This document shows, in pieces, positions 25,138 through 40,599 of a stretch of 64,000 bases of DNA. The stretch's first letter is position 1, and every line of letters starts with the position of its first letter. The position numbers and the translations under genes were made by a program. Source of the DNA: Leucoraja erinacea (Eukaryota). The stretch spans positions 15,996,001 to 16,060,000 of the forward strand of contig NC_073393.1 of the NCBI RefSeq assembly GCF_028641065.1. Direction: 5' to 3'. Below the pieces are notes generated by a model. That model was not told where the DNA came from and did no database searches. It saw only the letters and a program-made list of their open reading frames with translations.

Positions 25138-27905
25138 GTGAGTAACCGTAGTGGATGGTAATAGGTGGTCTGTATCTCGCTAAGAACCGCCAAGCTTCCA
25201 AACGCCCTTCTGTGTGACAGGACTCGTGTAGCAAGTAGTAACTGACTGTTCCTAACATTGAACAGTAATGTGTCGTCTGGGGTCCATTGTGTGGTGTGTA
25301 GTTTGGGTGATGTTCAAATTATTTATTCACCGTCGGCTGCACCACCCACTGTGTATTTCAAGTGTTGGTACCTGCAAATGTAGTCCCTGATCTGAAGAAT
25401 TTGCCGACGGTTGTTTGAATGTAAAACTGTTATCTTTTGTAGTTTGGAGGGGCTTAATATTACTTGCAGACTTGTCGATACGATGTGTTTATAAATCTCT
25501 AGTTTTTTTTAAACTTTAATGCTTTGTTCAATTCTACTGTGCTATTTAACATAATTATTAGCCTGGGTGCATGCCTTTTGGCTCACGATGTCTATGCTGA
25601 ACACATCAAATTAAACCAAATCCTTCTGCCTTTGCACGATCCACAGTCCCTTCATTCCTTGCAAATTCCTTCATATATATTCCAATTTTGTCTTGGCAAA
25701 AAAAAAAACTTGGTTTGCAATCTTTAAATTTCCCCTCTTACCTTAAAGCCATGCCCTCAAGTATTTGACATTTCCACCCTGGGGGAAAACAATTCTGACT
25801 GTCTATCCTATCTATACTTCTCAATTTTATAAACTTCTGAAATTGCTTTAGTATGGTTAGTAATCCAAGTCCGCTGGAGTAATGAACCAGGCATCAGTTC
25901 AAATTGAACTACATTGGGCACAAATGTTTTATCTTTATTAATTTAATTAATCTTGATAGATGACTGATGTTTTGACTAGTCTCCTATGTAAGTGGACTCC
26001 AGGATCCTTATAATACAGTTGATTCACTGATCCAGCAAGCCACTTCGTTCAAGAGCAATTAGAAATGGGCATTAAATACTAGCCTTTCCAGTATGCAATA
26101 TCTGTGAATGTTCTTTATGCTTCTCTGTTCAGGATATAAAGGATGTTGTATGTAATTGAAAATATTAATACTCTAAATCTAGTTTTAGAAGCCTTTTTAA
26201 GTACTAAATTGTGTTTAATGTTGACATCCCTTTTATACAACACATGGGCTGTGTTATTCTCATTTATCTCTTAACTCATTATAGTGACAATTCCATGATA
26301 GTACCTGGTCCCTATTCCTTGTTTAATTGCCCATTTTTGATGGTATTCCACAACTGATAGTGTTACCTTGCATTTAGTGCAATATCTAAAACCTTGATAT
26401 CTTGCTATTAATTGTGAGTGAAACGTTATGGTTTTTTCCTTCCTCCCTAATTCTGCAAATACAAAGTATTTCATTGCTAAACTATTGAAGAAAAACATTC
26501 AGCTCTATTGCATGCACTTCTAGTCTTTTTGAAATACACCTGCTGCTTGGCTGTGTTAGGAGAATAGGGTATTTGAGAACAACAAGATAAGATAATCTGC
26601 AGTTTTGACAAATATAATTGATTTCATTTGGGAGATGTAAGCAGCCTCGATGGTTAAATCACTTTTGGTTCTCATGTGAGGCATGGTCATTTATGTGGGG
26701 TGCTGGTAAATGACCATGGATTAACTGATTTATCTGTGCTGTTGTGAAAGGAGTACAAACAATTTGTTCATATTGATATGTAATGGTTCAGACATTCTTT
26801 TGTCTCTTAGGATTATTGCCTTACATTTGAAGTTTTAACTGACAATGTAGCAGAAGACAATGCTGAATTGTGAACACTATTAGTGGGCTTCTCGTGGGAT
26901 TAGACATTTCTTCTGTTATCTCTTTTATGAGCTATTCAATTTGTCCTGCAAATATATCCTCCTTGAATTTGCTTCTCTCTTGTTTCTATACTTTAAAAAA
27001 AATATTGTGCTTATTCGCATCTTTATTTTAAACCTGTGCTCTTGGATTACTGCTAAAAGGTGCTCTATATTTCTGCTGAAATCCACCAGACCTGTTTAAT
27101 ACCTTTGTGAAATCTTTCAATAAATCCTTTTATCTGAATGTAGCCTTGTTTTCGCTTGGCATAACTGGGAAACCAGTTATTTTTTAAATGCATTTCGTTG
27201 TCTCTGTACTGTACACTGACAATGACAATTAAAATTGAATCTGAATCTGAATCTGAAACAACTAGTATTCTGAATTAATATTCTCTGCATTTCTAGAATG
27301 TTTTTCCTTTGAAGTGTTTAGTGTGGTTCCTGAAATCCTTTGAAAGTATGCAAGTTGAGCAAAGTAAAAGAACTGCATGACTTCCAAAGTGCAACATTGA
27401 AACAACTGTTAATCTCTTTATTTCTCTACATTTTACATCTTATATAAACATTTGGGGGCTCAAGAGACTGCAGCTGCTGGAATCTGTAGCAAAATAAAGG
27501 GAGCTGCTGGAACAATTCAACAGCAACTGTGGTGGGAATTGGATAGTTGATGTTTCGGGCCAAGCCGCTTCACCTAGACTTTAAATGAAGGATATCAATC
27601 CAAAATTCAGCTGTCCACTCTTCTCTCCACTGATACTACCTGACTTACTGAATTCTTCCAGCAGCTCTTGATTTTTGTGATAAACATTTACTGTTTTGGG
27701 TAATGATGAAACAAAAAAAAGGGTTTAATCTTTTTAAATGAGTTTTGATCAGTGGAAAGGCAAATAGAATTAATGTGGCTTTTCACCTAACACTGTTTCA
27801 ATGTGAAAATTGAAAAGTAACAGCATTCTAGAAATGTGGCTTCTCACTAATTGACAGCAATCTCTCTACCGTCTAGCTTGATTTACCCTTATCCTAGATT
27901 GTTAG

Positions 27906-28166
<261 letters not shown>

Positions 28167-28399
28167 TGAGTCCATATGTCAATGAGATCAATAACATCTA
28201 AAAGGTTGGGAGTATGAATCAAGTCCTTGAGAAACATTTTAAGTACATTTGGTGGCTGATCAGTGGTGTGTACTGGAGTTGGTGTATCTTTTGGTGTCCA
28301 TCAATCTTACTAATGTCATGTTTCAGATGGTGACTGTAGCCAAATGTTGTAAACGTTTTCCATATGATGGACATGAGATGGTTAGACACAAAAAGGCAT

Positions 28400-29150
28400 T
28401 GATCATTTTCTATGAATAGTGTGCAGCTAGTAGGTCTTAAATTCCATGTGGTCCATCATGTCTACTCCACTATTCAGTCATGGCTGATCTATCTTTCCTT
28501 CTCAACCCCATTCTCTTGCCTTCTCGCCTTAACCCCTGACACTTGTACTAATCAAGAATCTGTCAATCTCTGCCTTAAACATATCCATTGTCTTTGTCTC
28601 CACAGCCGTCTGTGGCAATGAATTCCAAAGATTCGCTACCCTGTGACAAAAGAAAATTCATCATCTCTCTTTATTCTGAGGCTATTGCCTCTGGACCTGT
28701 ACTCTCCCTCTAGTGGAAGCATCCTCGTCACTCTATCCAAGCCTTTCACTGTTTAGTAAGTTTCAATTTAGTCCCCCCCCCCAATCCTTTTAAACTCCAG
28801 TGGTTAGAGGCCCAGTGCCATTAAATGCTCATCATATGTTGACCTAATCATTCCTGGGATCATTCTAATAAACCTCATCTGGACCCTTTCCAAAGCCAGC
28901 ACATCCTTCAGATATGGACCCAAAACTGCTCACAATTCACCAAATGCAGTCCGACTAGTGCATTTATAATGCCTCAGTATTACATCCCTGTTTTTATATT
29001 CTAACCCTCTCTAAAATTAATGCTAGCGTTGCATTTGCCGTCATTACTACCGATTCAACTTGCAAATGAATGTTTTGGGGCATCCTGTACCAGCACTCCC
29101 CAATTGCTTTGCCCCTCCAATTTCTCAATTCTCTCGCCATAATAGAAAAT
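28400..29150 (-). mobile_element. CR1 3' fragment in NUDT21 intron 2
   Basis: Similar to the 4250-4950 copy (tccagtggttagaggcccagtgcc, aatcattcctgggat). Confidence 0.8.
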
Positions 29151-30442
29151 AGTCATTTTATAAATAAGGGGTTCAGGATGACTTGCTTTCACATCTCTAT
29201 TCACTGGGGACATGTCAAAAACATCAAACTGTTTTAGTTGAGGACATTGACTTGAAGTCATAGTTTAACCTATATTTTCATTTTAAACTGCATTTTTGGA
29301 GAATATTGGAAAATGAATTTTGTGGGCAGATCATATGTTTTCTAAGGTACTTTCAGTGTATTGAATTCAACAGTACTGGAGGAACTCAATCGGTCACGCA
29401 GCATCTGTGGAGGGAATGGAGCAGTCTGAAGAAGGGTCCCAACCCAAAACATCATCTGTCAATTCCCTCCATAGATGCTGCCTAACCTTTTGAGTTCCTC
29501 CAACGCTCCAGGTTCTAGTAACTGCAATTTCTTGTCACGTTTGAATTCAATACACTTTGGTTCACAGGATAAACTTGGTCTGGGGATGTCTAGTGAGAAA
29601 ATGTAGATAGGTATTCCCTGCAGTAGAAGATTTGCTATATAGTGTTTAATTGAGAGGATATAGACTGATCTAAACTCACCAATCTGTTTCAGAATACTTC
29701 AATGCTATGAAACAGATCTCATGTAATTTATTTCATCTTGGTGTGCTTCCTGTCCCAAAACCATTGACTTCCAATCCAGTGCTGTTAACAGATGTATCAG
29801 TGTATACCAATGTAACTGGTGCAATGGTTACAGAGCAGACTATTTCTGAACACTAGTCTTCTTAACAACAGAATACAAATCTTGTGTGCTTAATATACAT
29901 GGTATTGGCAGCAGTTGTTAGTTAATGATTGAGAGCCCTATCTATCTCCACAGCCAAGAGCTAATGAGAATAATTTTAATAACTGACTGTGATGGACACA
30001 GCTAGATTTGGTGTTTGTGAACAAAGTGTTAATGATCTATGCAGTGAACTGGACATGAGGGGTGTGGCAAAAATGAATGTTCATGCCCTTTTCCCTAGGA
30101 TAGAAGATTCTAAAACTAGTGGGCGTTGGCTTAAGATGAGGGAAAAGATTTCGGAAGGACCCCAGGCAATTGAGGTAGTCTGCATCTGAAATGAACTGCC
30201 AAAGGAAGCAATAGAGGCAGATAAAAATGCCTTGTAAAAGGCATTTCAAAAGATATATGGATAGGAAACATATAGTGAGCTAAGGGCCAATTGCAGGCAA
30301 ATCAGATTTGCCCAGTATGCCAGCTTGGGTAAGGTAGGCTGAATGGTCTGTTTTTGTGATTCTGAGCTCTAACATGTTTAGATGTGATCTAGAGTGCATT
30401 TTTTTTTTTTTTTTTGCATTGTAACAGTTTTTGCTATGTTAA

Positions 30443-30550
<108 letters not shown>

Positions 30551-30986
30551 TAAAAGATCAGCTGGTTTGATTCTGGTTTGGATGTCATTTTTTTACTAGC
30601 AGGCCTGATTTGAATCTTGCAAATTTTCTGAGGGTTGATGCAAGTATGGAAAGACTAGTGGAATCATAAAGATCATTTAGGTTTCCACAAACTGCAATCC
30701 TACTTCTCGTCTCTTCATCTAGTCTCAGCAATTTTGCTCTTCTTGCCTTTCAGGAAATTCCTTGTGATTTGTGCTCCATTTACCATTATGTTTCCACTGA
30801 TTTCCCCACCTTTTAAATAAGCTGTCAAAGTATCAGCCAAATAAGGTGTAGGGGGGGCGGGGTGTGATAATAACCTGATTAAAGCCAGCACCTATCAGAC
30901 AAGCCCCAAGGGTTTGATGGTCCTTACCCCCAAGACGGAGAAGTTCACATCTGTTTGATGTTGAAGACGAACTGATACAACTGTAA

Positions 30987-31154
<168 letters not shown>

Positions 31155-31314
31155 TGATAACTATAAGTTCTTGAAACATGGTTGATGCTTTATAGAAAGA
31201 TTAGATCTAGTTCAATGCTAAACACAATGTAAAGAACAGTGCTTCCGAAAGTTTGCGACTGTCTCGCTGTTCCCGAGTGCTATTTATTATTAAAACTTAA
31301 AGAAAATGGCTTCA

Positions 31315-33720
31315 CTTAGAGTTGTATAACACAAATATGTAACATGCTGACCAAGCTACCACATCTGCACTAGTCCCACCTGCCCAAATCACTCAGCCAT
31401 TCCTGTCCATGTACCTGTCCAAATGTCTTTTAAATGCTATTCTAGTACATGATTTGAGAATTAAGGGACAGAAGTTTAGAGGTAACATGAGGGGGATCTT
31501 CTTTACTCGGAGAGCGGTAGCTGTGGAATGAGCTTCCAATGGAAGTGGTGGAGGCAGGTTCGATTTTATCATTTAAAAATAAATTGGATAGGTATATGGA
31601 CTGGAAAGGAATGGAGGGTTATGGTCTGAGTGCAGGTAGGTGGGACTAGGGGAGAATAAGTGTTTGGCACGGACTAGAAGGGCCGAGATGGCCTGTTTCC
31701 GTGCTGTAATTGTTATATGGTTATATGTTGTATGCTTATATCTGCTGAAACTATCTCTTCTGGCAGCTCATGCATATACCCACCACCCTCTGGAAAAAGT
31801 TGACTCTCAGATTGCTATTAAATCTTTCCCCTCTCACCTAAACAAATGTCCTCTGGTTCTGGATTCCCCTATTCTAGGTAAATGACCCTGTGCATGTACG
31901 TATGATCTCATACAGCTTGATAACCTCATCCTCTTGGGCTCCTAGAAATAAAGTACCAGTCTGCCCAACCTCTCCCCATAGCTCGGGCCTCAAGTTCTAG
32001 CAACACCCTCGTAAATCTTCTTTGCACTCTTTCCAGCTTGACAACATCTTTCCATTAGTGGGGTGACCATAACTAAACCAAATACTCCAAATGTAGCCTT
32101 ACTGATGTCTTGTAAAACTGTAACATAATATCCTAACTTGTATACTCTGTACCCTGACTGATAAAGGCCACTATGTCAAAAGGCTTCTTGACCACGTTAT
32201 CTACTTGTGACGCTACTTTCAAGAATTATATACCTGCACTCCTGGATCTTTACACTTTGCTGCACTCCCCAGGACCCAGCTATTCACAGTGAAGGTCCTG
32301 CCCTGGTTTGAGGTCCCAAAATGAAACTCCTCTCATTTACCTGCAATGAACTCCATTAACCATTCCTTAGCTCACTTGACCAACTGATCAATACCGTTGT
32401 GTAATCTTTGATGGTCATCTTTGCTATCTACAATACCATCCCTTTAGTGTCATCTGCAAACTTACCAATTCTGCCTTGTACATTCTCATTCAAATCGTTG
32501 ATCCAAACTGCAAATTATGAAGGGCCCAGCAGTGAGCCCTGAGACACCCCACTAGTCACAGGCCACTAGTTTGAAACACAGCCTTCTGCCATCCCCCTAT
32601 GCTTCTTTCCATTGAACCACCTTTCTATCCAGTCAGCTAGCTCTCCTTGGATTCCATGCAATCTAACTTTCTAGAGCAGCCTTCCAGCAGACTGTAACAA
32701 ATACCTTGCTGATATCCATATAGACAATGTCTACAGCTCTGCACTCATCAACCTTTTTGGTTATATCTCCAAAAAACGTAATCTGGTTGGTAAGATACAA
32801 TCGTCCATGTACAAAACCATGCTGACTATCCCTAATCAGACCCTATCAAAATGTCCATAATTATCTTGCCCTTGGAATACTGTCCAGTAACTTGCCTGCT
32901 GCATATGTTAGGCTCATTGGTCTGTAAATCCCAAACCTTTCCTTGCAACCTTCCTTCAATGGAGGCACAACATTAGCCAACATTTCCATCCAGTCTTGTT
33001 TAATGAAGATTTGCATATTTCAGCCAGGACGCCTGCAATTACTTCTCTTATGTCCCACAGTATCCACGGACATATCTGATCATGCCTGAAATATTTGTCT
33101 ATCTTCATGCGCCTTGGGATGTCAGCACCTCATCAACTGTAATACTGACTGTCACCAAAACCCTTCCATTGACAACCCCAAGTTCCTCATTCATCTTTCT
33201 CCATGGTAAAAACAGGAGAAATACTCATTGAAGACCTTGCTCATCACCTGGGGCTCCACACAGATGACAGCTTTGGGTTCTGAGGGGTCATGTTCTCCCT
33301 CTAGTTGCCCTTTTCCCCTTAACACACTTAAAATCTCTTTGGACTTTCCTTAACATTATCTGCTGGAGTTATCTCCAAAGCTCTTTGTACCCTCCTGATT
33401 TCCTCCTTAAGTATGTTGCTCAGTTCCTGAAACTTCTCCAGGGATGCACTTGATCACACCTCGCAAAACCTCCTTTTTCCTGACCAGAGCCTCAATTTCT
33501 CTCGTCATCCAAGCTTCCTCGCGTCCATCTGTCCTGGCTTCACCCTGCCAGGAACACTCAAGCCCTGAACTCTAGTCATCACATTTTTAAAAGCATCCCA
33601 CTTTCCAGATAATCCTTTGCCTGCAAACAACCTACTCCAATCACCTTGAGTTTCTTTCTAATGCCTTCAAAATTTTCCTTGCCCACATTCAGAATTTTAA
33701 TCTGTAGGCCTTCCTTGTCT
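31315..33720 (-). mobile_element. Decayed CR1 in NUDT21 intron 4, with a younger plus-strand CR1 tail nested at about 31448-31725
   Basis: Reverse-strand RT motifs (gtcatctgcaaactt = KFADD); the nested piece ends in a TTATATGG-type tail. Confidence 0.8.
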
Positions 33721-34107
33721 TTATCTGGTTTAAAAGATCTCCTTTGGCTGAAATGTGATTTTTTTTTGGAATGGAAATAGTCTTGCAGGAATAATTGTAC
33801 TATTTAATCTTATTCTTTGTTATATGTTATGTCACTGGTATGGAGTCAAAAGTATTTCCAGAGACTAATTATGGCATTCCTGTCAACTCACAACAAAACT
33901 GCTTTGGGAACCATTCATTATATTGGAAAAATAAGCTATTATTCTGAGCTACTATAGTCTTGACTAGTATATCAGTGACTTGCTTGGATATCTTGATTTG
34001 CTGTTTGGTTTTCATCCACTGATGGTGATTAGTTCCAATATCTTTTTTAACAGCTGGTGAATAATACATCTAAGTGCCCTGAAACATCATATTTTATATT
34101 AAGATAA

Positions 34108-34284
<177 letters not shown>

Positions 34285-34668
34285 TAGATACCATTTGATT
34301 TGTTGCATTGTCTCAAGTGCTTTGGTAAATGAGTGAAAAGGAAAGCGGCGCAAACAGTTCATATACTGCAAGATCCAATGAACATCAGTTGCATATGTGA
34401 TTGATAAGTTAGACTGTTGCTTGGATTATGTTATTTGACTGTAACATTGGAATTTTGGCATCTGCATAGCAAATGTATAGGAGTTTGGTTAGTCAGTGGC
34501 TTGTATGAAGGGCAACTCTGATGCAATGCTACTTCAATTACTTATAGACTTGAATTTCACCTCTATCTTTGATTTAGATGTTGACAAAAAGTGATGGCTG
34601 ATGTTTGTGATGCAAAAAAAGTGTAATAAGTTGGCTGATATTATGGATGCTTCACCACACCCCAACAA

Positions 34669-34870
34669 TCTCTATACCTATAAAAGTCATCTTGTATTTG
34701 TGTGTATGTGTCTTTTCTACCTTCGTTAAAACGCCACACGCTAGCCACACGCCACAGAAATGTTCACAGATTATTAATCACATTAACCCCATCGACAAAA
34801 TTAACTGCTTCACTTCAATTAATTTATCTTGGCATTGTGTGTGCCGCAACGTTATAGGCCCATTGGCCTC
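34669..34870 (+). mobile_element. Helitron-like non-autonomous fragment
   Basis: a|TCTCTATACCTATAAAAG 5' end, (TG)n, 3' ggcccattggcc hairpin-like segment. Confidence 0.4.
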
Positions 34871-34950
34871 TTCCTGTGCTGCACTGTCTTGTATTTTGGA
34901 TTGTGTTGGTTGGGGTCCAGGTGTTGTGTTGGTTATATTATGCTAAATAG

Positions 34951-35133
<183 letters not shown>

Positions 35134-35832
35134 TAATGAAAAAATGCACTAACAGCTTAAGCAATTTTCTTTTGAAATGGTCAAGTCATGCTTCTGGGAA
35201 TATGACTCCTTGGATTTATTACTTTCTGTCATGTTTGCCTCACTAGTTTACATATTAAAAATTAAATGCAGTCACTAATATTTTAAAGGTATCTTCCCAA
35301 CCATCTGACAATTGTTTTGCATGGTCCACTTTCTATTTCTATATTGGGCACTTCCATTGTCAATAAACTAATTTTCAGTACAAACTGAAAACCAACGTCT
35401 GATGTTTGTTTTTTTTTTAAATTTCCTTTCGCCATGGATCATCTACATTTGCACTAGGCCATATATGCTCGAGTTCTGATTAATGTGGGTTTCTAAACCC
35501 TTCAGCTCTTTTTTTTCCTTGTAACAAGCTGACAAAGTGCTGTAAGACAGAATTCTTGAAGCACAATAATTCGAATATCACTGTACTTTAATTGATACAC
35601 ATGACGATAAAAGGCTTTTGAAACCTTTGAATTGTTCTAAATATTACCTGCATAAACTGGCTGATCGTGAGACTCTGAAATCGCTGATTTGGTCTGCTTC
35701 AAGTTATGTGGCCTGATTCATCCAATGCTTTTTCTATATGAAGCGATTTGGCTCATCTGTTTTTTTTTTTTTTCCTCTGCAGTGTATTCACTTGTTTTTA
35801 AATGTACCTGAAGTTTCTTCTTTAACTTTTAG

Positions 35833-35854
35833 GTTTAATTTTATTTATAACTGA
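35833..35854 (+). CDS. NUDT21: NUDT21 exon 7 coding part (FNFIYN-stop)
   Basis: ttttag|G TTT AAT TTT ATT TAT AAC TGA. The seven exons sum to 681 nt = 226 aa plus stop, with compatible phases. Confidence 0.97.
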
Positions 35855-36159
35855 AGTGTATGGATGCATTGCTCAAGATCCTGATGGATGTACAACTACA
35901 ATTTCTTGTGAACATCTCCAAGCCAGTAGTCTGGCTTCTCAGCCAGAGAGTAAATCGGTTCTACAAACCAAATCCAACAGCATGCAGCACCTGACCTGCT
36001 CAGCTGATGCTCCTGTGAGATTTTGTTCAACTGTACACCAACTATGAAGCCGAGGAGTTTTAACTGGTGCTTTTTTTTTAAGAAATGTTTTCTGCTTATG
36101 TAATTGTTTGAGTTTTCTACTTTATTAAATGGACAAATACCTTTATTTTTGAGGGTTTT

Positions 36160-36300
36160 AATTAGCTGTAGTTTGTGTATTTTGTATTTCACCATTTATT
36201 TGGAGCTATTGTAATTGGATATGAGAGAAACCTAGTCGATGTATATTGATTAAAGACAAAACTGACCTGATTTATTCTGCTTTGGTTTATATAGTAGAAG
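36160..36300 (+). terminator. Candidate NUDT21 proximal poly(A) site
   Basis: ATTAAA at 36249-36254, preceded by five TGTA within about 85 nt and followed by a T/GT-rich tract. Other candidate hexamers at 36124, about 38007 and about 38302. Confidence 0.55.
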
Positions 36301-39300
36301 TGATTTTGAAGCAAATCTTCTGATTAATCATTCTTTCCTCCAATTTCACGGTGAACTTTTCAGGGCTGTTTTGTAACCTGGGATGTTAACTGCATGTTTT
36401 GCAGTTAAGTGATATGCTTTGGACCATTGAGGTATATAAACAAGTGATTCTATGCAGCTGTTATAAGGAGTGTGTCGAGGCATTAAATACTTGAATATAT
36501 TCGAACGTGAATTGTTACATCAGCAGCAAAGTGGTGATCTTGGGTATATGTGGATCTTCAAAAATTCTGTCATTATGTATTCTAATTACAGATTGGTTAG
36601 GGATACTTCAAATCACAAATCGGTGCAAAACTGAAATGTGCAATGGTTGTAATTTGATCGAGCGAACATGAAAATCCATTCTTGATGTGGGTCTTGCTTG
36701 CTTTTAAGTTTAATGACCTAGACCTTAGTGTGTCTTTCCAGTTAGTTGGTGTTTGGTTCAATTTTGGGGCAAAAAAACTAATTTGGAAGTTCTCACGTGA
36801 AGAATCATAGTTTATGCTGCACAATTCTAAACTTCAGTTTGGAGGATTTTAATTCCTTTCTTGGTGTATTTCAAATTATTTGATTTCCTTTTCAACAATT
36901 CCAGAAGTTGGTCATCAAAAAGAGTTGGCATTCTCAAAACTAATACCCTGACTTCAGTAACAGATGTCCTTGAATGTTTCAGATAGATGAAATGTTCAAA
37001 ATAACTTTTCTTCCATTGTTACAATATCATTAACACTTTAGAGGTCCTGAGCATTTTTCTATTATGTTGTCTGATTGTTTTTCATTCTGCCAAATGTATT
37101 ACAGCCTCAGCTTTGTAAGATGCTGAACTAAATGAAGAAATACGTTTGCAGAATTATTAGATTTGCTTGTTTAAACTACATTCAATGCTAACTGTTTTGC
37201 CGAAATTGAACAAAAGCATGTTGGGGTGAATTTATTGCAGAGGTGGGGTATTGTGCCTTGGTAAGGGAGAGATGAACAACTGCTGCTTGTATATCCATAA
37301 TGGGTGACTCTGGGCTCCCAATGTATTGTGGGGTACTGTAGGTTAAGAGTTGGGCAGTGGATTTCCTTTTCTCCCCATCTATTGCCCTCGGCAGCCTATC
37401 ACTATACCAATCCCATAATATATAATAGTACTTTAATCACCAGTTAATGGTGGTAGATTATCCTGACTTGTACTTCTAATGCTCTGCAATGTGAACATGT
37501 TATGCCAATGTGGGTTTCCTTCACTTTCCTTCCTCTTTACCGTAAATTGACCCTGGGTTAGCTGAGTAGGAGACGTTGATGGGCATGAGAGAAAAAAGAT
37601 GTAGAAACATGTGGAATAGGACTGCCTAGATATGATATGTGTGTGGCCTGCATTTAAGCCAATGTTAAATGCACCAATCTGTTCTTACTCCCAGAAATAA
37701 TTCTTTAAAATGCTGTTCTCTAAATTCAGCCATTCAATGAGATTATAGACCTTCTCAACTCGATCTATAAGTATCCAAGTCTTTTCGTCCAAATATTTGA
37801 ACAGGTGCAAAAGTCACTTCTCGCAAGGACTTGGAGTGCACCTTGTGGTTCCGCACTGCCCTAATCACTTTAGGGAACAATGCATTTCTCTCCTGGTTTG
37901 TTGGTTGGAAATTTTTTCTGTTTTGTATCAATACAGATGGCAGTCACAACAACTGATAATCTTCAAGCCGTGGATGAATTTGAAAAGACAGTTTTAATTA
38001 AGTGAAAATAAAATTATTTTTATAAAATTGAAGTAACGGGCATTTTCTTATAGAACGTAAGCTCACTTTGTGAAATTTTGATAACATTGCACCAAATGTA
38101 CTGTACAGCAGCATAAATGAGGGAGGATAGGTGTTCATGTTTGCACCTGTATGACACTGGCATTACTGTTCTTGCTTTCGTCTTGGAAAGCACTGGTTAT
38201 TAACACGTCGGCTTCCGATTCTGTCAAGGTATTTCCTCTGTTGCAAATGATAGCGATCCCCGTCCCTGATCTGCGATGTGGATCCTTTCAATTGGACAGG
38301 CAATAAATGGCAAGTGATAAGGTCTTGCATCTTCACTCATTCACAGTACCGTTTCCCCTTTGGAAATATTTATATCTGCGTAGACTGGGTGTTCGTTCTT
38401 GGGTTTAGGTGCTGATTTAATTGATTTGGAAAACTGCAGAGCAGCGTAAGTAGGCTTGTCAGCTTCCCTTCCTTTAGTCTGTGAAAGTCATTAAATATCG
38501 GATGTTAGTAAATACATGAATAGATTTTGTTTTCAAATATCGATCATTGATTAGTATAAGATAGCTACTTTAAGTATTTTTTCTTACTCCAATTTTTAAT
38601 TGTATTTATAAAGCAATATTTATTTTTGCACTTAATGTTCATACTAGGTTATTGCTAGTGTAATCTCCTAGGAAGTGTAGGTAAAGATTTAAAGTACTAC
38701 TTTTTCAGTATGCTAATACATTAGTTCGGCGTTCAACTAGCGTTCGGTGTTCCTTCCCAGAAAGCAAGTCGTGTTTATACATGGCCTGTTACAACCAAGC
38801 TTGCAGGGCCGGGTTCCTGGTTATGGACACGACTCGCCTCTGGCACAACCAGGTGATGCAAAAGTCAGTGACCCAGTAGCAGACTAGCCCATGTGGAAGG
38901 AGCCATCTTAAATATTCGATGGCTGTCTGTGTGCTGCTATCGGGTGGGATGGGGCGAACAGGGAGGCGAGTGTCATACAGTGTGCTGTTATGCAAGATAC
39001 AGTGAGACATCCAGTGAGTGCAGGTCATTGCAACAGAAAAGCAGCTGGGCGGGCACCCTACAAATCCTCCCTCACCTCCTGCTAATTGTGATGGAAGTCG
39101 CTTTGTGGCCCAAATATGTATGTATCATACCTTATCGAGCCGTGAACCTGTCCAAGTGTCTTGTATATTGTAATTGTACTTGCCTCGCACTTCCTCTGGC
39201 TGCTCGCGAATCACCCTTTTGGTGAAAAAGTTGCTCCAAAGGCCCCTTTAATATCCCTCTCCCACCTTAACCCCATTCTCCCTATCCTGGTGAATAGCTG

Positions 39301-40034
39301 TATTTTCACCCCAGAACTGTACACAGTACTCAATGTGACCGTACCAACATCTTAGCCAGCAATAATATGCCCCAACTCCTGTACTCAACCTGACTCATGA
39401 AGACATGCATGCCAAATATTTTCTTCAGCACCCTGTCTACCTGCATCACCATATTCATGGAACTATACTTCTAGGTCTTTCTGTTCTACAGCACTCCTCA
39501 GGGCCTACCATTTATTGTATTAGCCCTGTCCAAGTTTGTCTTGCCAATGTAAAACTTCTGCATTAAACTCCATGTGCCATTCCTCGGCCCATTGTCCCAG
39601 TTCATCAAGATTCTTTTGTGATCTTAGATGTGCTGATGAGACGGGGCCCCTCTCAACCAATGAAGCAGCCCCATTTTCAGCTGTTGAGCCCATTCGTTGC
39701 AAGATATATTCATGATCCCCGCATCTCAGTGCTGAGTGGCTGCGCCTGGACAAAGTACAGCTTCTACAGTACTCATTGTCCTGTGACAATGCAGTCGCAA
39801 GTTCATGGGTACAGAAGCACCAGATTGATGTAGCGGTAGAGTATAGGCCAACCAGATGAATATCCTTTTTTATATAAAGAAATGTAATTGGTCTGAGTTT
39901 TTGGATTCCAAGACTAAGAATGGTTGATAAATTCGAGTAGTGCTCAAACATCAGGGTACAAGATTATGCAAAGTCCCCTGTTGAGATATTTGTGTCTGAT
40001 CACTGATTGAGGGTTTGACTAATATTTACCCTAT

Positions 40035-40358
40035 TCACACAGTGGTGCAGCATTAGAGGTGCTGCCCAAAGATTGGTGCTGCCTTGGTGCCAGAGACCCG
40101 GGTTGGATCCTGACCTTGGACCCTGGGTGCTTGCCTGTCTGGAGTTTGTACGTTCTCCACGTGACGTGTGGGTTTTCTCCTAGAACTTCGGTTTCATCCC
40201 ACACTCAAGACGTATTAGTTTGTAGGTTAATCGGCTTGGTAAAATGTAAATTGTCCCTAGTGTGTGCAGAATAATGTTTATGTACGGGAATCGCTGGTCT
40301 GTGTGACTCAGTTGGCCAAAGGGCTTGTTTCAGCACTGCATCTCTAAACTAAACTAAA
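40035..40358 (+). mobile_element. tRNA-derived SINE (V-SINE/HE1-like)
   Basis: A-box-like agtggtgcagc, B-box-like gggttggatcc, central ggagtttgtacgttctcc, (aaact)n tail. Confidence 0.75.
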
Positions 40359-40599
40359 AAAAATTGCAGCCTTGGTCATATTGCGGATCGGGGCGAGGAC
40401 AATTTGGTTGCACCTTGGCAGAAATCAGTCCACACAGCTAAGAGTATTTGTTAGATTGAAACTGGGATCAAAAGTGAGGGCGATGTCCTTGCACCATGGA
40501 CCTTTACCATGGAAAGAGTCAGTTGGTGAATAATCTAAGCTGCATGTGGACTCATTCCCTGACTGATGAAGGCCAACATACCAAAAGTCATCTGACCAC

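Noticed and set aside
38789-39028. Minus-strand ORF with TLYDT and IEYL as an alternative tail exon
   Set aside because: The nearest acceptor needs phase 2 and no linking exon was found; unsupported.
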